Assembly (NCBI GenBank): GCA_038820005.1
Contig: JAWAXP010000001.1
Location: forward strand, 302,235 to 366,234
DNA: 64,000 nucleotides
Direction: 5' to 3'
Source of the DNA: Ignisphaera sp.
GTDB taxonomy: Archaea > Thermoproteota > Thermoprotei_A > Sulfolobales > Ignisphaeraceae
Shown: positions 61,658-64,000 of the stretch, in pieces
How the letters are laid out: the number at the start of each line of letters is the position of its first letter
Position numbering within the stretch: the stretch's first letter is position 1
Program-made: the position numbers and the translations under genes
Notes under the pieces: model-generated
Database searches by the model: none
What the model saw: only the letters and a program-made list of their open reading frames with translations
Told to the model about the DNA's origin: nothing

Positions 61658-61735
61658 GCCCCCTGTTGGCCAGACTTGCACAATTAATGAGCCGATGGGG
61701 AATATGAGTGTGAGGTCTCCACAGGGGGTACAAAG
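61658..61735 (+). ncRNA. Candidate H/ACA-like single-hairpin sRNA
   Basis: gccccctgt...acagggggt basal stem immediately followed by ACA; upper stem agacttgcac/gtgtgaggtct; UGA/GA-rich apical part that may form a K-turn. Confidence 0.5.
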
Positions 61736-61741
61736 AATAAC

Positions 61742-62197
61742 CTAAGTAGGTTCTAAAATAGCTATAGTTTGACCAACATCTATGAAGCTTCCTTCTCTGG
61801 GGAATACCTTCTTTATCTTACCTTTATAAGGCGATTTTATTTCTATAATCATTTTCATAGATTCCACTACAGCTATGGTTTGACCCGAACTAATTATATC
61901 ACCTTCTTTTACCATCAACTTAACTAATCTACCAGGAATTTCGCTTGCAATCTTAATTCCAACTTCTTCGGTTACAGGAAGAGGATGGAGTTGTAATCTC
62001 ATTGTACTTTCTTCTATAGCTCTAGTGAGCCTAGACATAACCTCTGAACCTGCACCTTCTCCCTCTTGTAATAACTCTTGAGGAAAATGAATAATGTATT
62101 CCCTTCCCCCTATCCTGACCAAGAAGACGTTTTCTTCTTCCTCGTGTACCTCAACGTGGTACCTCTTATTACCTATAACAACAGTAAACTTACTCAT
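61742..62197 (-). CDS. Biotin carboxyl carrier protein
   Basis: IPG, GQTIAVVESMKM biotinylation motif, IKSPYKG. Confidence 0.9.
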   Translation of the reverse strand: MSKFTVVIGNKRYHVEVHEEEENVFLVRIGGREYIIHFPQELLQEGEGAGSEVMSRLTRAIEESTMRLQLHPLPVTEEVGIKIASEIPGRLVKLMVKEGDIISSGQTIAVVESMKMIIEIKSPYKGKIKKVFPREGSFIDVGQTIAILEPT

Positions 62198-62329
62198 TTG
62201 AGCACCTCACGTTAAAAGTAATAACGTTGAAGCTATATAAGGTTTGGCCTACAGTTAACCATGATACCTTGAACCATGTAATTAGCAGTCTTAAATATGT
62301 GAGTCAGTGGGTATGATCTAGATAAGGGT

Positions 62330-63913
62330 ATGAACATGGGTTTAGAAGGTATACGTAAAGAAATTTTAGAACTTAGAAATATTATCGAAAGAGCTAAACT
62401 TGGTGGAGGTCGTGAAGCTATAGCTAAGCAACATGAGCGAGGTAAGTTAACAGCCTGGGAACGACTTGAACTTCTCTTTGATGACGGTAAATACGTGGAA
62501 TTCGATACATTTGTAACTTCGAGGGCTACAGAGTTCGAAATGGATAAAAGAAAGGTTCCAGGTGACGGTGTTGTTACAGCTATAGGTAAAGTTAGCAATA
62601 GATTCGTCGTTGGGATAGCCCAGGACTTCACATTCATGGGGGGCTCCGTAGGTGAAATGCATGCATCAAAAATTGTGAAAGCTATGCAGTACGCTTTAAG
62701 CATAGGTGTACCTGTGGTTTTTCTCAACGATTCGGGAGGCGCTAGAATTCAGGAAGGTGTTGATTCTCTTAAAGGCTACGGCGAGATATTCTATATGAAT
62801 GTTGTAGCTTCAGGCGTTATACCACAGATCGCAGTTATAATGGGTCCATGCGCAGGAGGTGCTGTGTACTCCCCAGCATTAATGGATTTTGTGATAATGG
62901 TCGAAAAAACATCCTACATGTTCATAACCGGGCCAAAAGTAGTAAAAGCCGCTTTAGGCGAAGATGTTACAGAAGAAGAGCTAGGGGGACCCCATGTTCA
63001 TGCCTCGAAGAGCGGTGTTGCACATCTTGTTGCTGCAGACGATAAAGAAGCTATAGAGCTTGTCAAGAAGCTTCTAAGCTATCTACCATCAAACAACATG
63101 GAGGCGCCGCCACGTATAGAAACAGATGATGACCCAGAAAGACTTAGCCCAGAGCTAGACTCTATAATACCTGAAGATCCAAAGAAGCCGTATAACATTT
63201 ATGAAGTAATAGAGGCTGTAGCAGATAAAGGCACTTTCTTTGAACTACAGAGAGACTTCGCCAAAAATGCCATAATAGGTTTTGCACGTATGAATGGTTA
63301 CACCGTTGGTATAGTAGCCAATAACCCGATGTTCTACATGGGTGCACTAGACATCGACTCGTCCGACAAGATATCTAGGTTTGTAAGATTCTGCGATGCC
63401 TTCAACATACCTATAATAACATTTGTTGATACACCAGGTTTTGTGCCGGGTACATTTCAAGAGCATAAAGGAATCATAAGGCACGGCGCGAAAATAATCT
63501 ACGCTTATAGTGAAGCAACAGTACCAAAGATAGCAGTTATCGTTAGAAAGGCCTACGGCGGAGCATACATAGCTATGAGCTCTAAACACCTCGGTGCAGA
63601 CCTAGTAATAGCGTGGCCAACAGCAGAAATAGCTGTTATGGGTCCCGAAGCGGCAGCTGAGGTTATATGGCGCAAAAAACTAGAAGCTGTTCAAGACCTA
63701 AGTGAAAGAGAGGCTCTTCTTAGGAAATTAGCTGAGGAATACAAAGAGAGGTTGTCTAAACCTTACTTTGCGGCATCAAGAGGATATGTAGACATGATTA
63801 TAGAACCTAATCAAACACGGGCTACGATAATTAAGACAATAGAGTTTTTACTAGCTAAAAGAGAGATAAGAATAAGGGCACCGCCAAGAAAACACGGGGT
63901 AATGCCTGTTTAG
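62330..63913 (+). CDS. Acyl-CoA carboxyltransferase subunit (PccB / methylmalonyl-CoA decarboxylase alpha family)
   Basis: GKLTAWER, PGDGVVT, DSGGARIQEG, GPCAGGAVYSPA, VDTPGF, RKAYGGAY. Confidence 0.93.
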   Translation: MNMGLEGIRKEILELRNIIERAKLGGGREAIAKQHERGKLTAWERLELLFDDGKYVEFDTFVTSRATEFEMDKRKVPGDGVVTAIGKVSNRFVVGIAQDFTFMGGSVGEMHASKIVKAMQYALSIGVPVVFLNDSGGARIQEGVDSLKGYGEIFYMNVVASGVIPQIAVIMGPCAGGAVYSPALMDFVIMVEKTSYMFITGPKVVKAALGEDVTEEELGGPHVHASKSGVAHLVAADDKEAIELVKKLLSYLPSNNMEAPPRIETDDDPERLSPELDSIIPEDPKKPYNIYEVIEAVADKGTFFELQRDFAKNAIIGFARMNGYTVGIVANNPMFYMGALDIDSSDKISRFVRFCDAFNIPIITFVDTPGFVPGTFQEHKGIIRHGAKIIYAYSEATVPKIAVIVRKAYGGAYIAMSSKHLGADLVIAWPTAEIAVMGPEAAAEVIWRKKLEAVQDLSEREALLRKLAEEYKERLSKPYFAASRGYVDMIIEPNQTRATIIKTIEFLLAKREIRIRAPPRKHGVMPV

Positions 63914-64000
63914 CAAAGCAGCTAGAATTTAATTAACAGCTAGTAATAGTAGGGTGCATTGAGAGTAATAAGGAGATCTCTATGCCTAAGTACCATACGG

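Overview
AT-rich crenarchaeal (Thermoprotei) DNA: it carries Cren7, a proteasome alpha subunit and C/D-box sRNAs, and looks Desulfurococcales/Ignisphaera-like (inferred). (1) 0-5 kb: a cluster resembling C1-cofactor biosynthesis (nucleotidyltransferase, RimK/MptN-, CofE- and MfnD-like ligases, MTHFR-like), then a psmA gene with an extreme mid-gene composition flip. (2) 6-21 kb: a decaying region with several pseudogenes (class II aldolase, rbsC, ttuA, MFS), three C/D sRNAs, a 135-nt near-perfect hairpin and an intact rhamnulokinase/isomerase pair. (3) 21.8-56.5 kb: a large archaeal polysaccharide-utilisation locus apparently aimed at pectic rhamnogalacturonan. It holds a GH106-like rhamnosidase, a cytoplasmic PL11 lyase, two GH3s, two Dpp/Opp ABC importers, surface-anchored proteins including a catalytically degenerate GH12 whose anchor lies between 36-bp inverted repeats, and sugar kinases/isomerases. 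(4) 56.5-64 kb: housekeeping genes, a 22-aa Lys/Glu microprotein, more guide sRNAs and a biotin-dependent carboxyltransferase pair. No rRNA, tRNA, CRISPR array or transposase was seen. All family calls are by-eye motif recognition, not database searches.
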